Of a DNA stretch of 64,000 nt, positions 19,240-29,528 are shown piece after piece (the first letter of the stretch is position 1; each line of letters begins with the position of its first letter). The translations under genes and the position numbers were made by a program. The notes below the pieces were generated by a model that worked only from the letters and a program-made list of their open reading frames with translations, was not told where the DNA came from and ran no database searches. The stretch covers positions 2,372 through 66,371 of the forward strand of contig JBHLNT010000002.1 of NCBI GenBank assembly GCA_048941265.1. Reading direction: 5' to 3'. Source of the DNA: Promethearchaeota archaeon (GTDB lineage Archaea; Asgardarchaeota; Lokiarchaeia; Sigyniarchaeales; SOKP01).

Positions 19240-20730
19240 TTAATTTTCACCTCCTTTTTCCCAAAGACTTTCATAAATTTTCCCAGGATTTAATATATTA
19301 TTCGGATCGAGAAGTTTTTTTATGGCTTTTAAAGTATCAAAAGATTTTCCCCATTCCACAGGCATCCATTTTGATCTATTTATTCCAACACCGTGATGAT
19401 GCCCAAAAGATCCACCTGCATCTTCCACTGCTTTAACAATTGTGTTCCAAACTTCTTGATAAAATTCAAGTTCAGTGACCTCCTGAGGAGGGATTCCTGC
19501 AAAAGTAAAATAAAAACCCACTCCATTAGGATAAAAATGAGAAACATGAGCAGTTATCATTATAACTCCTTTTACTTTTTTCGCAGATTTCACAACAGAA
19601 TGATACATTTCTGCTGCATTATCCCATAAAAATCCGATTTCAACAGTATCGGCAACCATTTTAAATGTTGGTGTTGAAGATGTTTCTGTTACTCTGAATC
19701 TTGTCTCAAACCAGTGTTCTACAGGCTTTTCACCACATGAGATGCCATTATTCTTTTCACAAGTTTCTCTTGTTATTTTCGCTTCGAGATCCACCAACCT
19801 TTCAATTCCCTCGCATACAAATACAACCATGACTTTATCCTTGGCATTTTCAATATGGCCAAAATGCCTATATGTTTCATCGGCATCGTAAATACGAATA
19901 ACAGCAGGATATATCTGTTGTCTTAAAATTTGTCTAGTTGCTTCTAAAGAATCTTCAAAGGTAGGGAAAGCATAAGAAACAAGTGCTCTCTTTTCAGGAT
20001 AGGGCCAAATCTTCAACGTGGCATTGGTTATTATTCCCAATGTTCCCTCATTTCCTACAAAAAGTTTATCTAACTGAGGACCTGTTGAGGCTCTGGCAAT
20101 TGTTTTAAATTTTATGATTTCTCCCCTTGGTAAAACTAATTCCATACCCATAACTATATCCTCTATTTTTCCATATTTAGAAGAAAATTGCCCGGCAGCT
20201 CTATGTGCAATCCATCCTCCAACAGAGGAAGTATAAAGCGATTGCGGGATATGTCCACTCGTGTATCCTTTAGCATTCAAGTACCTCTCTAAATTCATTC
20301 CGTTTGTACCGGCCTCTACCGTTACAGTTAAATCCTTATCATTAATTTCTAAAATTTTATTAAATTTCTTCATGTCAAGTATAATCCCCCCATAAATAGG
20401 GATTGCACCTCCCACAACCCCAGAACCTTCCGAAAATGGAATAACAGGAATTTTTTCCTCATTCGCTAATTTTAAAATGGAGGAGATCTGTTCTGGTGTC
20501 TCAGGCCATACAATAAAATCCGGAAGTGCAGTAAGTTTACCTTCGAGAGTCCAATTAAGTGTTATAAGCGTAGTGTCTTTGTTATATGCTAATAAATCAA
20601 TTTCATTATCCGATACATTGTCATTACCAACAATTTCTCTTAGTCTTGCCTTAACTTGTGGTTTATCTTTAATTAAAACTCGATTATCTTTATAAATTAA
20701 TTCAAAATTCTCAATATTCATAAAAATCAA
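19240..20730 (-). CDS. FAD-linked oxidase (GlcD / D-lactate dehydrogenase / alkyl-DHAP-synthase-like)
   Basis: PCMH-type FAD-binding region (VIPFSEGSGVVGGAIP), a C-terminal FAD-oxidase domain (GSFGHHHGVG) and an NPGK tail. The ORF-track start is TTG; ATG at 20721 is likely. Confidence 0.8.
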   Translation of the reverse strand: MIFMNIENFELIYKDNRVLIKDKPQVKARLREIVGNDNVSDNEIDLLAYNKDTTLITLNWTLEGKLTALPDFIVWPETPEQISSILKLANEEKIPVIPFSEGSGVVGGAIPIYGGIILDMKKFNKILEINDKDLTVTVEAGTNGMNLERYLNAKGYTSGHIPQSLYTSSVGGWIAHRAAGQFSSKYGKIEDIVMGMELVLPRGEIIKFKTIARASTGPQLDKLFVGNEGTLGIITNATLKIWPYPEKRALVSYAFPTFEDSLEATRQILRQQIYPAVIRIYDADETYRHFGHIENAKDKVMVVFVCEGIERLVDLEAKITRETCEKNNGISCGEKPVEHWFETRFRVTETSSTPTFKMVADTVEIGFLWDNAAEMYHSVVKSAKKVKGVIMITAHVSHFYPNGVGFYFTFAGIPPQEVTELEFYQEVWNTIVKAVEDAGGSFGHHHGVGINRSKWMPVEWGKSFDTLKAIKKLLDPNNILNPGKIYESLWEKGGEN

Positions 20731-20833
20731 AATTTATTGTTTTATTATTTTAATATAAATTTACAAGATAAGATTAAAATTTTGATTAAATGATATTTAT
20801 AATACAAACAAACTAAAGATTTTATATCTGGAA

Positions 20834-22321
20834 TTAATAAATAGTCTCTCCAGTAATACTATTTACTTTTAAATGTCTGAATTTTGCAGTCGACGCAGTT
20901 GAAATATTATCAATTTTAGAGATTTTATTGACGACTTCTTCAGGAAATAGATATTTTGCTAAATGAATCATCATTTGCTTAGTTTCTATACAGTTTAGAA
21001 GTTTTAAACTCTCACAGGAATAAAATATCTCACTTAGTAAATCATAATTTGTATCTTGAGAAATATAAAGAATTTCCAAATTTCTATAAATTCTCGAAAT
21101 TATGTTTCCAAGTAGATCATAATCATTTAATTTGTCAAGCGTGTTTCTCATATAATTAACAAATAGAACATAATACGCAGATTCAGAAGAAACAAATCCA
21201 TCACGGTACTGCTTTATCCCCTCAGCTGTAATTCTGCTTTCGATCTCGTCAATTATAACCTTAATTTTTTGAGTGTCTAAATTTTGATAGGCTCCGACAA
21301 CATGATAGATTTTTAATATCACGACTAACTGTGATGTCTCCAGATTTTTTAAATATTGAGGCTCAAAAAATCTTTCTTCTATTTTCATCATTGATCTAAT
21401 TTCTTCATCTTTCAACCATAAATTTACTAATTGAGTCGTTTTAAAGTAGCAATAAACTCTATCTGTAGCTTCAATTACAGGAGCTTCAAATTCATCAACA
21501 TTTTCCTCATATAGGTTTAATAAAAACCTTTTTACTTCGAGAAAGTCGATATCGACATCTAAATGTATTGATAAATAAACACCACAGAAATAAAGATCAG
21601 GATTTTTTAAAGTAACTAAAGGTATCGTATTTAACCATTCATTAAGATTATTTTTAAGATATGATTTAATATGAGAAAAATCGAAAATTTTCTGTAAATG
21701 AAAAAAATCGATGATTCTAAAGATTAAATATAATAATTGTAATTTATCTTTTGGATCTTTTAAATCTTCTAAACTTTCTATCTTATCCTTGTTTTCTCTA
21801 AGTTTTTTTATTACCTTCTCTCGAATCTGAATATATTTACGCAAGTTCTCGGTCTTTTTCGGAGATCTTTTAAATAATTTCTTTAAATTTATAAGTTCAA
21901 AGATAAATTCAAAGGGAATTAAACCACTAGATTTTAAATTTAATACTAAAGTAACCATCTTATTATCTACCAGGTATTCTACTATTTTTTCTAAGAAGAT
22001 TTCATAAATTATAGGCCTTATTTTTTTTTCATAGGCTTGAAATGCATTTGTGATTTCTCTTAAATCCTGCCGATTAATTTTCAAAAAGGGATCTAAAAAT
22101 TTATCGTCTAATTCTTTCCCATCAAAACCAAACATTAATAGCTCTTTTTTAAGTACTTTGAGAATTTCTTCAACGACTTTATTTAATTCTGACCTCGCTA
22201 GTAGTTTAACATCTAAAAAAGATTCAAATTTCTCCCGAAAGTATTTGTCAATACTATCATAAAAGATATCAATCTCACTACAGTAGAGATCTAAAATATT
22301 AAATAAGCCTTGAAAAATCAT
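20834..22321 (-). CDS. hypothetical all-helical protein, 495 aa, paralogue 1 of 41550-43037
   Basis: Same length and co-linear similarity to 41550-43037, from MIFQGLFNIL... to ...FRHLKVN-x-x-TGETIY. No motif recognised. Confidence 0.7.
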   Translation of the reverse strand: MIFQGLFNILDLYCSEIDIFYDSIDKYFREKFESFLDVKLLARSELNKVVEEILKVLKKELLMFGFDGKELDDKFLDPFLKINRQDLREITNAFQAYEKKIRPIIYEIFLEKIVEYLVDNKMVTLVLNLKSSGLIPFEFIFELINLKKLFKRSPKKTENLRKYIQIREKVIKKLRENKDKIESLEDLKDPKDKLQLLYLIFRIIDFFHLQKIFDFSHIKSYLKNNLNEWLNTIPLVTLKNPDLYFCGVYLSIHLDVDIDFLEVKRFLLNLYEENVDEFEAPVIEATDRVYCYFKTTQLVNLWLKDEEIRSMMKIEERFFEPQYLKNLETSQLVVILKIYHVVGAYQNLDTQKIKVIIDEIESRITAEGIKQYRDGFVSSESAYYVLFVNYMRNTLDKLNDYDLLGNIISRIYRNLEILYISQDTNYDLLSEIFYSCESLKLLNCIETKQMMIHLAKYLFPEEVVNKISKIDNISTASTAKFRHLKVNSITGETIY

Positions 22322-22616
22322 CTTATAAATAAACGCAAATAAAAAATTAATATGTTCTATTCTTTAATTCCATCTAATATTAGGGTAATTTTATAATTTA
22401 TCCATTTTAAATATTAGTAAAAGTTAAGATACATTTAGGTGGATAATTCAAATTTACTAATATCGTTTATTCACTGAGAAACCTTGTGTTGTAAAAAAGA
22501 CAATGGGAGGTTACATTTTAAATTATTAAAATCTTTAAAAAAATTCAAAAGGTCTATCTTCTTTTGATACTTGTTAAAAAACTTATTTATTCAAGTAAAT
22601 AATTATTTAAGTAAAA

Positions 22617-24059
22617 GTGGATATTTTAATGACTACTCCAATCTTTGGAACGAGTGGTATTCGGCGTGTTTTTGGAAATTATAGCGAATCTGATATTGTT
22701 TTTACGCCTCATATGGCTCTGGATGTAGGATTAGCACTTGGAACTTACCTAAATGGAAATGGTATAGTTGTTATCGGAAAAGATATTCGGGTTACAGCAC
22801 TACCAATAGAATACGCAATAGTTTCTGGTATAGTAAGTGCGGGTTGTGATGTAAAAACCTTAGGTATTGTAACTACACCCACTCTTGCCATGTCTTTACA
22901 ATTTTTAAAAGCTGATGCTGGAGTTATGATTACAGCTTCTCATAACACTCCCGAATATATAGGTTTAAAGTTTTGGAACCCTTCGGGTATGGGATATACT
23001 CCTGAACAAGAGGAAGAAATCGAATCGATCTACAATGATAAATCATTTATTAAAAAAGAATGGAATGAGGTTGGTAAAGTATCATATGTCAATGATATAA
23101 ATGATATTCACATAAACGATGTCAATAGTCGTATTATGTTTGATGGGACTAATTTAAATGTAATTGTGGATCCTGGAAATGGGTCCAGCTGCGAAATTGT
23201 GCCAAAATTATTAAGTACATATAATATTAACATAATGACTTTAAACGCTCAGATGGATGGGAGATTTCCAGGGCGCTATTCAGAACCAAGTGAAGAAAAT
23301 TTAACACAAATTTCCAGATTCCTAAAAATTTCAGAACAAAATGATATCGGAATTGCATTAGATGGAGATGCGGATAGAGTTATATTTTTAGACGAAGATG
23401 GGGAAATAGTTGATCCTATTCGATTATTAGCTCTTATGGCTAAATATTATATTGAAAAATATGAGGGAACGAAAGTTACGGAGGAAAACATGAAAGTTGT
23501 TACACCGATTAATTCATCCAGTTTAATTGAGGATGTTCTTAATCCTCTTGGTTGTGAAGTCTGTAGATGTGAAGTCGGAGATATTAAAGTGGCATTAGAT
23601 TTAAAAAAATGTGGAGGCTTTTTAGGAGGTGAAAACTCGGGTACATATATATGGCCACGAACTCATTATGGTCCTGACTCAATTGTAACTATTGCTAAAA
23701 TATTAAATATGATGGTGGAGACGGGAAAAAAATTGAAGGAGTTATTACAAGAAATTCCAACATATCCTTATTATAGACAAAATTATCGATTAAAAAAGGA
23801 TATACCTTTTACAGATGATATCAACCAAAAGATTGTAGAGGAAATGAAAACAGCTTTTAATGAAATGGAAAAAAAAATCAAATTTATCAATAAAATGGAC
23901 GGTTGTCGGTTTGATTATGATGAAGGTTGGATTTTGATTAGACGCTCGGGAACAAGTCCTTACTTAAGAATTTCAGGAGAGTCTAATATCGACATGCAAT
24001 CATCCATTGAAATGAATAAAGTTGCCACTGAAAGGATGAAAAAGATAGGTTTTATTTAA
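22617..24059 (+). CDS. glmM: phosphoglucosamine / phosphohexose mutase (archaeal type)
   Basis: Active-site TASHNTPEY, metal loop DGDADR, and GGENSG. Sits in the amino-sugar cluster. The ORF-track start is GTG; ATG at 22629 is an alternative. Confidence 0.85.
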   Translation: MDILMTTPIFGTSGIRRVFGNYSESDIVFTPHMALDVGLALGTYLNGNGIVVIGKDIRVTALPIEYAIVSGIVSAGCDVKTLGIVTTPTLAMSLQFLKADAGVMITASHNTPEYIGLKFWNPSGMGYTPEQEEEIESIYNDKSFIKKEWNEVGKVSYVNDINDIHINDVNSRIMFDGTNLNVIVDPGNGSSCEIVPKLLSTYNINIMTLNAQMDGRFPGRYSEPSEENLTQISRFLKISEQNDIGIALDGDADRVIFLDEDGEIVDPIRLLALMAKYYIEKYEGTKVTEENMKVVTPINSSSLIEDVLNPLGCEVCRCEVGDIKVALDLKKCGGFLGGENSGTYIWPRTHYGPDSIVTIAKILNMMVETGKKLKELLQEIPTYPYYRQNYRLKKDIPFTDDINQKIVEEMKTAFNEMEKKIKFINKMDGCRFDYDEGWILIRRSGTSPYLRISGESNIDMQSSIEMNKVATERMKKIGFI

Positions 24060-24072
24060 ACTCTTTAAGTTT

Positions 24073-25197
24073 TTAGTCTAATATTCTTGAAACTTTCGTA
24101 AGAAATTTAGGTGTATCGCAGTTAATTCCTTTTATTCGGGCTATTTCTAACGTTAATAATTGAATTCCTAAAATCATTAATAATGGTTGTAAATCCTTAA
24201 TAGTATTCGGAACTTGAATTCCGAAATCTATAGGCTCGGGAACATCTTTCTCTTCAATTGATTCATATATACCTAGAATGGTTGCTCTTCTCTCTTTAAT
24301 TCTCTTAAGAAGGTTTATTAAATTTTGTTTACGTTTATCTTCCTCATGGGGGATAATGGCCAGTATCCAAGTTCTAGGATCTGCAAGTGTAATAGGACCA
24401 TGAGGAAATTCAGCTGTTGAATATGCCTGCCCAAAGATTCTTGCCCCTTCCTTAAGCTTTAACGCAGCCTCCATGGCAGTCCCATAGTCAGGACCGCTTC
24501 CTATAATAAAACAAAATTCAGCAAACTTAAAATATTGTGAAAATTTTCTTATTTTTTCATGTAAAGATGGTAAAATTTTATTAATTTTTGTCGAAATTGA
24601 TTCTAATTCTTTCCATATGAGATTATAATTATTTTCTGCTAAAGATTTACTCTCTTTTGCTATCTCAAGTGAGATCATTGATAAAACTGCTAAAGAAGAA
24701 ACATAAGTCTTTGTAGCCAAAATGCTCTTTTCAACTTCACATTGTAAATTAATAACAAAATTGCAAATTTTAGCCAAAGCAGAGTTTAAAGAATTAGTAA
24801 TTCCTATGGTTAAGCAACCCAAACTTTTAGCTATTTTTATCGTTTCGACAGTATCTTTGGTCTCTCCGCTTTGAGAAATTCCAATAACGCAATCATCTTT
24901 TTGAAGAATTGGCTCAATTAAGTATTGGAATTCCATAGAATATTCGGTGAAAGTTGGAACTTTACTTATCCCGTTAAACATATATGACATGGCAAATCCT
25001 GCGTGATAAGAACTTCCTGCTCCAATGAGATAAATATGTTTGATCCCGTTGGAAATAATTTTTTTAGCAATTTTATTTATCATATTTTTCTGTGATAATA
25101 CTCTGCTTAAACATTTAGGAATTTCGTATATTTCTTTTTGAGTATAAGTTCCTAGTTCTTCAGTTTTATTTAAATAATTTTTTTCTTCCATTTTCAT
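24073..25197 (-). CDS. tandem-SIS-domain protein, GlmS isomerase-domain-only paralogue (possible GlcN-6-P deaminase)
   Basis: SQSGETKDT motif and two SIS repeats. No N-terminal Cys amidotransferase domain. Confidence 0.7.
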   Translation of the reverse strand: MKMEEKNYLNKTEELGTYTQKEIYEIPKCLSRVLSQKNMINKIAKKIISNGIKHIYLIGAGSSYHAGFAMSYMFNGISKVPTFTEYSMEFQYLIEPILQKDDCVIGISQSGETKDTVETIKIAKSLGCLTIGITNSLNSALAKICNFVINLQCEVEKSILATKTYVSSLAVLSMISLEIAKESKSLAENNYNLIWKELESISTKINKILPSLHEKIRKFSQYFKFAEFCFIIGSGPDYGTAMEAALKLKEGARIFGQAYSTAEFPHGPITLADPRTWILAIIPHEEDKRKQNLINLLKRIKERRATILGIYESIEEKDVPEPIDFGIQVPNTIKDLQPLLMILGIQLLTLEIARIKGINCDTPKFLTKVSRILD

Positions 25198-25385
25198 TTT
25201 ACCATATATTCTTCCTGTTTTTCAAATGATTCTAAGAATTAAATTCTTGTTTTTTTCCATCATGCAAATCAAAATAATTATGAAAGTTATATTCATTATA
25301 CATTATGCTTCCCAAAAAAGCCACGATAACCTTAAAATACTTTTCATTACTTGATAATTTATTCAAATAAGTATTTGATCAAGAT

Positions 25386-27236
25386 ATGTGTGGCATTTTT
25401 GGTATTATCACATCACAAGAGAATATTTCGATAGCAAAAATCGCGTTAGAAAGTATAAAACGTTTAGAATATCGTGGTTATGATTCCTGTGGAATTGCCA
25501 CTCCATATAATGGAAAATTATACATTAAAAAGGATGCAGGCAAAATTGATGAAATTCATAAAAAACATAAATTAGATGAATTTCCAAATGGATCAAAGTC
25601 GGCACTTGCACATACTCGATGGGCGACTCACGGACCCCCAACAAAGATTAATAGCCATCCTCATGTTGATTGTTCAGGTAAAATTGCTGTGATTCATAAT
25701 GGAATAATCGACAATTTCATTGAATTAAAAGATAAACTCTTGGCTAAAGGGCATAAATTTAAATCTGAAACTGATACCGAGGTTATTCCTCATCTTATTG
25801 AAGATTATATGAATGACGGTTTAGATTTTAAAGCTGCTACAACAAAAGCGCTAAGGCAATGCACTGGAGCTTATGCAGTGGCTGTATGTAGTGCAGACAC
25901 ACCTAATTATATTATTGTTTTACGAAAAGAATCACCATTAGTAATTGGGATAGAAGAGGGAAAAACAACATATTGCGCGTCAGATATCCCCGCTTTTCTT
26001 CCTTATACAAGAAATTGTTATATTTTAGAAGATGATGAGATGGCAATATTGCATCCCGGGAGTGTTGATTTCTATGCCCTACAAAGCGGTGTGCAAGTGA
26101 AAAAAGAAATAAAACAGATTGATTGGAATATTGATGCAGCTGAAAAAGGTGGCTATGAGCATTTTATGTTAAAGGAGATACATGAAGAACCAGCAGCTCT
26201 AAGGAGAACTTTAAAAATTCCAAATGCTAATTTAAAAACATTTGCTCAAGTTTTATTGGATGCCCAACACATTTTTATTACCGCGGCAGGTACATCTTTT
26301 CATGCTTCTCTTGCGGGAAAATTCATAATCACTAAATTTCTAAGTAAATATATCCAAGCAATTGAATGTTCTGAATTCCACACTCAATTGGAAAACTCCT
26401 TACCAGAAGGAGCTGTAATTATTGCTCTCTCTCAATCTGGAGAAACAATCGATTTAATTGAAGCTATCAGATGGGCAAAGGAAACTAAAAATGTAAAAAT
26501 TTTAGCTATAACGAATATAATCGGTTCAACTCTCACAAGATATTCCGATAATGTAATTGTCACACAGGCTGGACCTGAAATCGGAGTTGCGGCAACAAAA
26601 ACATATGTTACTCAAGTGCTAACATTGGCGTTAATTGGCTTAGAAGTGGCAAGAATGAGAAATTTTGAACCTGAAGAAGAGATAAATAACTATTATGAAG
26701 CATTAAAATCGACACCAGATATAATAGAAAAGTTCCTGAATAATGACATCCGCTTGATTAAAAAAATAGTAAAGAATTTGGAGAAAACTCATAATTTTTT
26801 CTTTTTAGCCCGAGGTATTTCAATAGCAACCGCAAAAGAAGGCGGCTTAAAATTAAAAGAAATAGCATGTCGATTCATAGAAGGTTATTCGGCTGCGCAT
26901 GCAAAGCATGGTCCAATTTCTCTGGTAAGAAAAGGATTTCCAATTATTTTTATTGCTCCACCTGATGAGACTTACGAAAGATTACTTGGTAATGTTATGG
27001 AATTCAAAGCAAGGGGAGGCAAAATTATTTCTTTAGTTGTAAAGGCAGACAAAGTAATAACTGATTTAAGCGATATAATTATAGGGATAGATCAGCCAGC
27101 TAACAAATATTACAATCTATTTAGTCCAATAACATTCATACCTGCATTACAACTCTTAGCGTATTATTATTCTGTTGATGTTGGATTAGATCCCGATCAG
27201 CCTCAAAATCTTGCAAAGACTGTTACAGTACACTAA
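25386..27236 (+). CDS. glmS: glutamine--fructose-6-phosphate aminotransferase (isomerising)
   Basis: MCGIFG Ntn nucleophile, SQSGETIDL, and C-terminal LAKTVTVH. Confidence 0.92.
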   Translation: MCGIFGIITSQENISIAKIALESIKRLEYRGYDSCGIATPYNGKLYIKKDAGKIDEIHKKHKLDEFPNGSKSALAHTRWATHGPPTKINSHPHVDCSGKIAVIHNGIIDNFIELKDKLLAKGHKFKSETDTEVIPHLIEDYMNDGLDFKAATTKALRQCTGAYAVAVCSADTPNYIIVLRKESPLVIGIEEGKTTYCASDIPAFLPYTRNCYILEDDEMAILHPGSVDFYALQSGVQVKKEIKQIDWNIDAAEKGGYEHFMLKEIHEEPAALRRTLKIPNANLKTFAQVLLDAQHIFITAAGTSFHASLAGKFIITKFLSKYIQAIECSEFHTQLENSLPEGAVIIALSQSGETIDLIEAIRWAKETKNVKILAITNIIGSTLTRYSDNVIVTQAGPEIGVAATKTYVTQVLTLALIGLEVARMRNFEPEEEINNYYEALKSTPDIIEKFLNNDIRLIKKIVKNLEKTHNFFFLARGISIATAKEGGLKLKEIACRFIEGYSAAHAKHGPISLVRKGFPIIFIAPPDETYERLLGNVMEFKARGGKIISLVVKADKVITDLSDIIIGIDQPANKYYNLFSPITFIPALQLLAYYYSVDVGLDPDQPQNLAKTVTVH

Positions 27237-27296
27237 CTTTAAAACACTAAAGTGCACTTTTTTTAAGGGTTAATAAAAAAAAAAATGAAATAAAGC

Positions 27297-27980
27297 CTAT
27301 TTAATTAAAAATCCTTTAACTACGAATACTACCCCGACATCAAAAGCTATTAGACCAAGGATTTCAATTAGTATTGATCCAATTATTCCGCCAATTAAAT
27401 TAAGTAATATTGCAACAATAACAATGAAGGAACCAGCAAAAAACCAGAGTACTTGTTGTCTTGGAACTCCCTGAGTGCTTTTTGCAACAATCGCATATTT
27501 ATACAGAACAAAAATAAATAACACTAATCGCCATATGTTTACAAATATAAACCATCCGATGGGGGTTTCAGTATCAATAATACCTTGCCTATATCTCTCC
27601 ATATTTAAGGTTGGAGTCCAAATAAAATATCCAAATATCGAAATGATAAACAATATCGCCATCCTTCCCAAATATTTAGAAGTCATAGCTAATTTCTCAG
27701 ATTTCTCCAGGATAAATACGGTCATTACAAGTGATATAATAGCAAAATTATAAAGAAACTGTGCCGTGATCATTATTGGGATAATGAAATATGGCTCCAA
27801 AGTATTAATATGGTAAATTGTATAAGCCAAAAAGCCAAATGCAGCTGAAACAAAAAAAATTGCAAACCATCTATTTAACCAATAGTCAGGATTTTTGTGC
27901 AATTCAATATAGCCAGCTATTAAAGTAAAAATCACTGTAATTATTGATGTTATTATCTTAAGAATATTATAAATGTCCAT
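27297..27980 (-). CDS. polytopic membrane protein (about 7 TM), unknown function
   Basis: Seven hydrophobic segments by eye; no catalytic motif. Confidence 0.5.
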   Translation of the reverse strand: MDIYNILKIITSIITVIFTLIAGYIELHKNPDYWLNRWFAIFFVSAAFGFLAYTIYHINTLEPYFIIPIMITAQFLYNFAIISLVMTVFILEKSEKLAMTSKYLGRMAILFIISIFGYFIWTPTLNMERYRQGIIDTETPIGWFIFVNIWRLVLFIFVLYKYAIVAKSTQGVPRQQVLWFFAGSFIVIVAILLNLIGGIIGSILIEILGLIAFDVGVVFVVKGFLIK

Positions 27981-28109
27981 ATTGAGAACGACCTCTATTT
28001 CTTTTTAATAACAAGTTTAATAAAATAAGAAGCGAAAAAAAGTTTTATATTTTTGGATACTTGCTATGCAATATATTGAGTTTTTCTTAGATTTGTAGAT
28101 TTATTGGAA

Positions 28110-29396
28110 TTAAATTTTTTTTTTAATTATTCCTTTACTTGGGTCTTGATAATATAATGTATTAGGTGGAACATCTTCAATGACTATGGTATGGGCTCCG
28201 ATTTTTGAATTTTCTCCTAAAAGTTTTCCAGTCATTATACTAACATTTATACCAGTTTTTACATTAGGTCCAATAATAGTACCCAATTTTCTCCGCTGTG
28301 AATCAATTAATTTTCCTTTTATTTTGACCTTAACATTGCCATCATCAAGTCTTAAATTAGCCACTTTTGTTCCCGCACCTAGATTGACATTTTCACAAAT
28401 AATTGAATCCCCCACATAATTAAAGTGTGGAATATTAGAATCCGAATAAATAATAGAATTTTTCACTTCGCTAATTCCAATATGGCAATTATTTTCAATT
28501 GAAGTATTCGGTCTTATAAATGCATTTGGTCCTATTATATTATTATTTCCTATATAGCATGGGCCCTGAATATAAGTACCGGATCGGACTATAGAATTTT
28601 TTCCAATATATACATTTCCATTCATTTGTACGTTTGGCTCGACAGTACCAAGTATTTTTCCCTCTAAAGTTTTTAATATAAAGTTGTTTGCATCTAATAA
28701 TTGCCAAGGGAGACCAATATCGCTCCAAAAGGTTTCTTTTATCGTATAGCCAATAATTCTCCCATTTAATTGGTTAATTAATAGTTCCATAGAATCAGTG
28801 AATTCATATTCTTCTCTTACAGACTTTTTAGTCATTTCAATAGCTTTAAATATTAGAGAATTAAAAATAAAAATTCCTGCGTTCGCTAAATTTCCTAAAT
28901 TTAACTCTGGAGAAGGTTTTTCAGTAATTTTTTCCACATATCCATTGGAGTTGAGGGTAATTATTCCAAAATCTTGAGGGTTATGTACCTCAATTAAGGA
29001 AATTAATCCTGCAGCTTTAGAATCATTGAACTTTTCCACAACTTCTTTAAAGACGATTGGATCTACAAGGATATCCCCGTACATCATTAAAAACGTTTCG
29101 TTCTTTATAAAATCCTTGGCATAGTTAGCAGCATGTGCAGTTCCTAAATATTGCTTCTGGGTAATATATTTAATTTTAATATTGAATTTATCAATCCCAT
29201 TGCCAAAATAGTTTTTAATTAATTCTTCTTTATATCCGACTATTAGTAAAACTTCATCTATTCCTGCAGCTTTTAATCCTAAAATAGTGTGTTCTAATAA
29301 TGGTTTACCGGCAATAGGTAATAAGGGTTTAGGACGAGATGAGGTTATCGGGCGTAATCTCTTACCTTCTCCTGCCGCCAGTATAACAGCTTTCAT
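28110..29396 (-). CDS. bifunctional sugar-1-phosphate nucleotidylyltransferase / acetyltransferase (archaeal GlmU-like)
   Basis: N-terminal ILAAGEGKRLRP nucleotidyltransferase loop. C-terminal left-handed beta-helix hexapeptide repeats. Context with glmS and glmM. Confidence 0.8.
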   Translation of the reverse strand: MKAVILAAGEGKRLRPITSSRPKPLLPIAGKPLLEHTILGLKAAGIDEVLLIVGYKEELIKNYFGNGIDKFNIKIKYITQKQYLGTAHAANYAKDFIKNETFLMMYGDILVDPIVFKEVVEKFNDSKAAGLISLIEVHNPQDFGIITLNSNGYVEKITEKPSPELNLGNLANAGIFIFNSLIFKAIEMTKKSVREEYEFTDSMELLINQLNGRIIGYTIKETFWSDIGLPWQLLDANNFILKTLEGKILGTVEPNVQMNGNVYIGKNSIVRSGTYIQGPCYIGNNNIIGPNAFIRPNTSIENNCHIGISEVKNSIIYSDSNIPHFNYVGDSIICENVNLGAGTKVANLRLDDGNVKVKIKGKLIDSQRRKLGTIIGPNVKTGINVSIMTGKLLGENSKIGAHTIVIEDVPPNTLYYQDPSKGIIKKKI

Positions 29397-29528
29397 TATT
29401 GAAATAAATTGATAATTATATTAAAAGATTCTTTTAATCTTTTAGAGAAGAAAATTTAGGCATCTAAAAGTTTTTTATAGTAAGATCTGTAATATATTAT
29501 TTATACAACTCTGTGAGGAAGAAATTTC

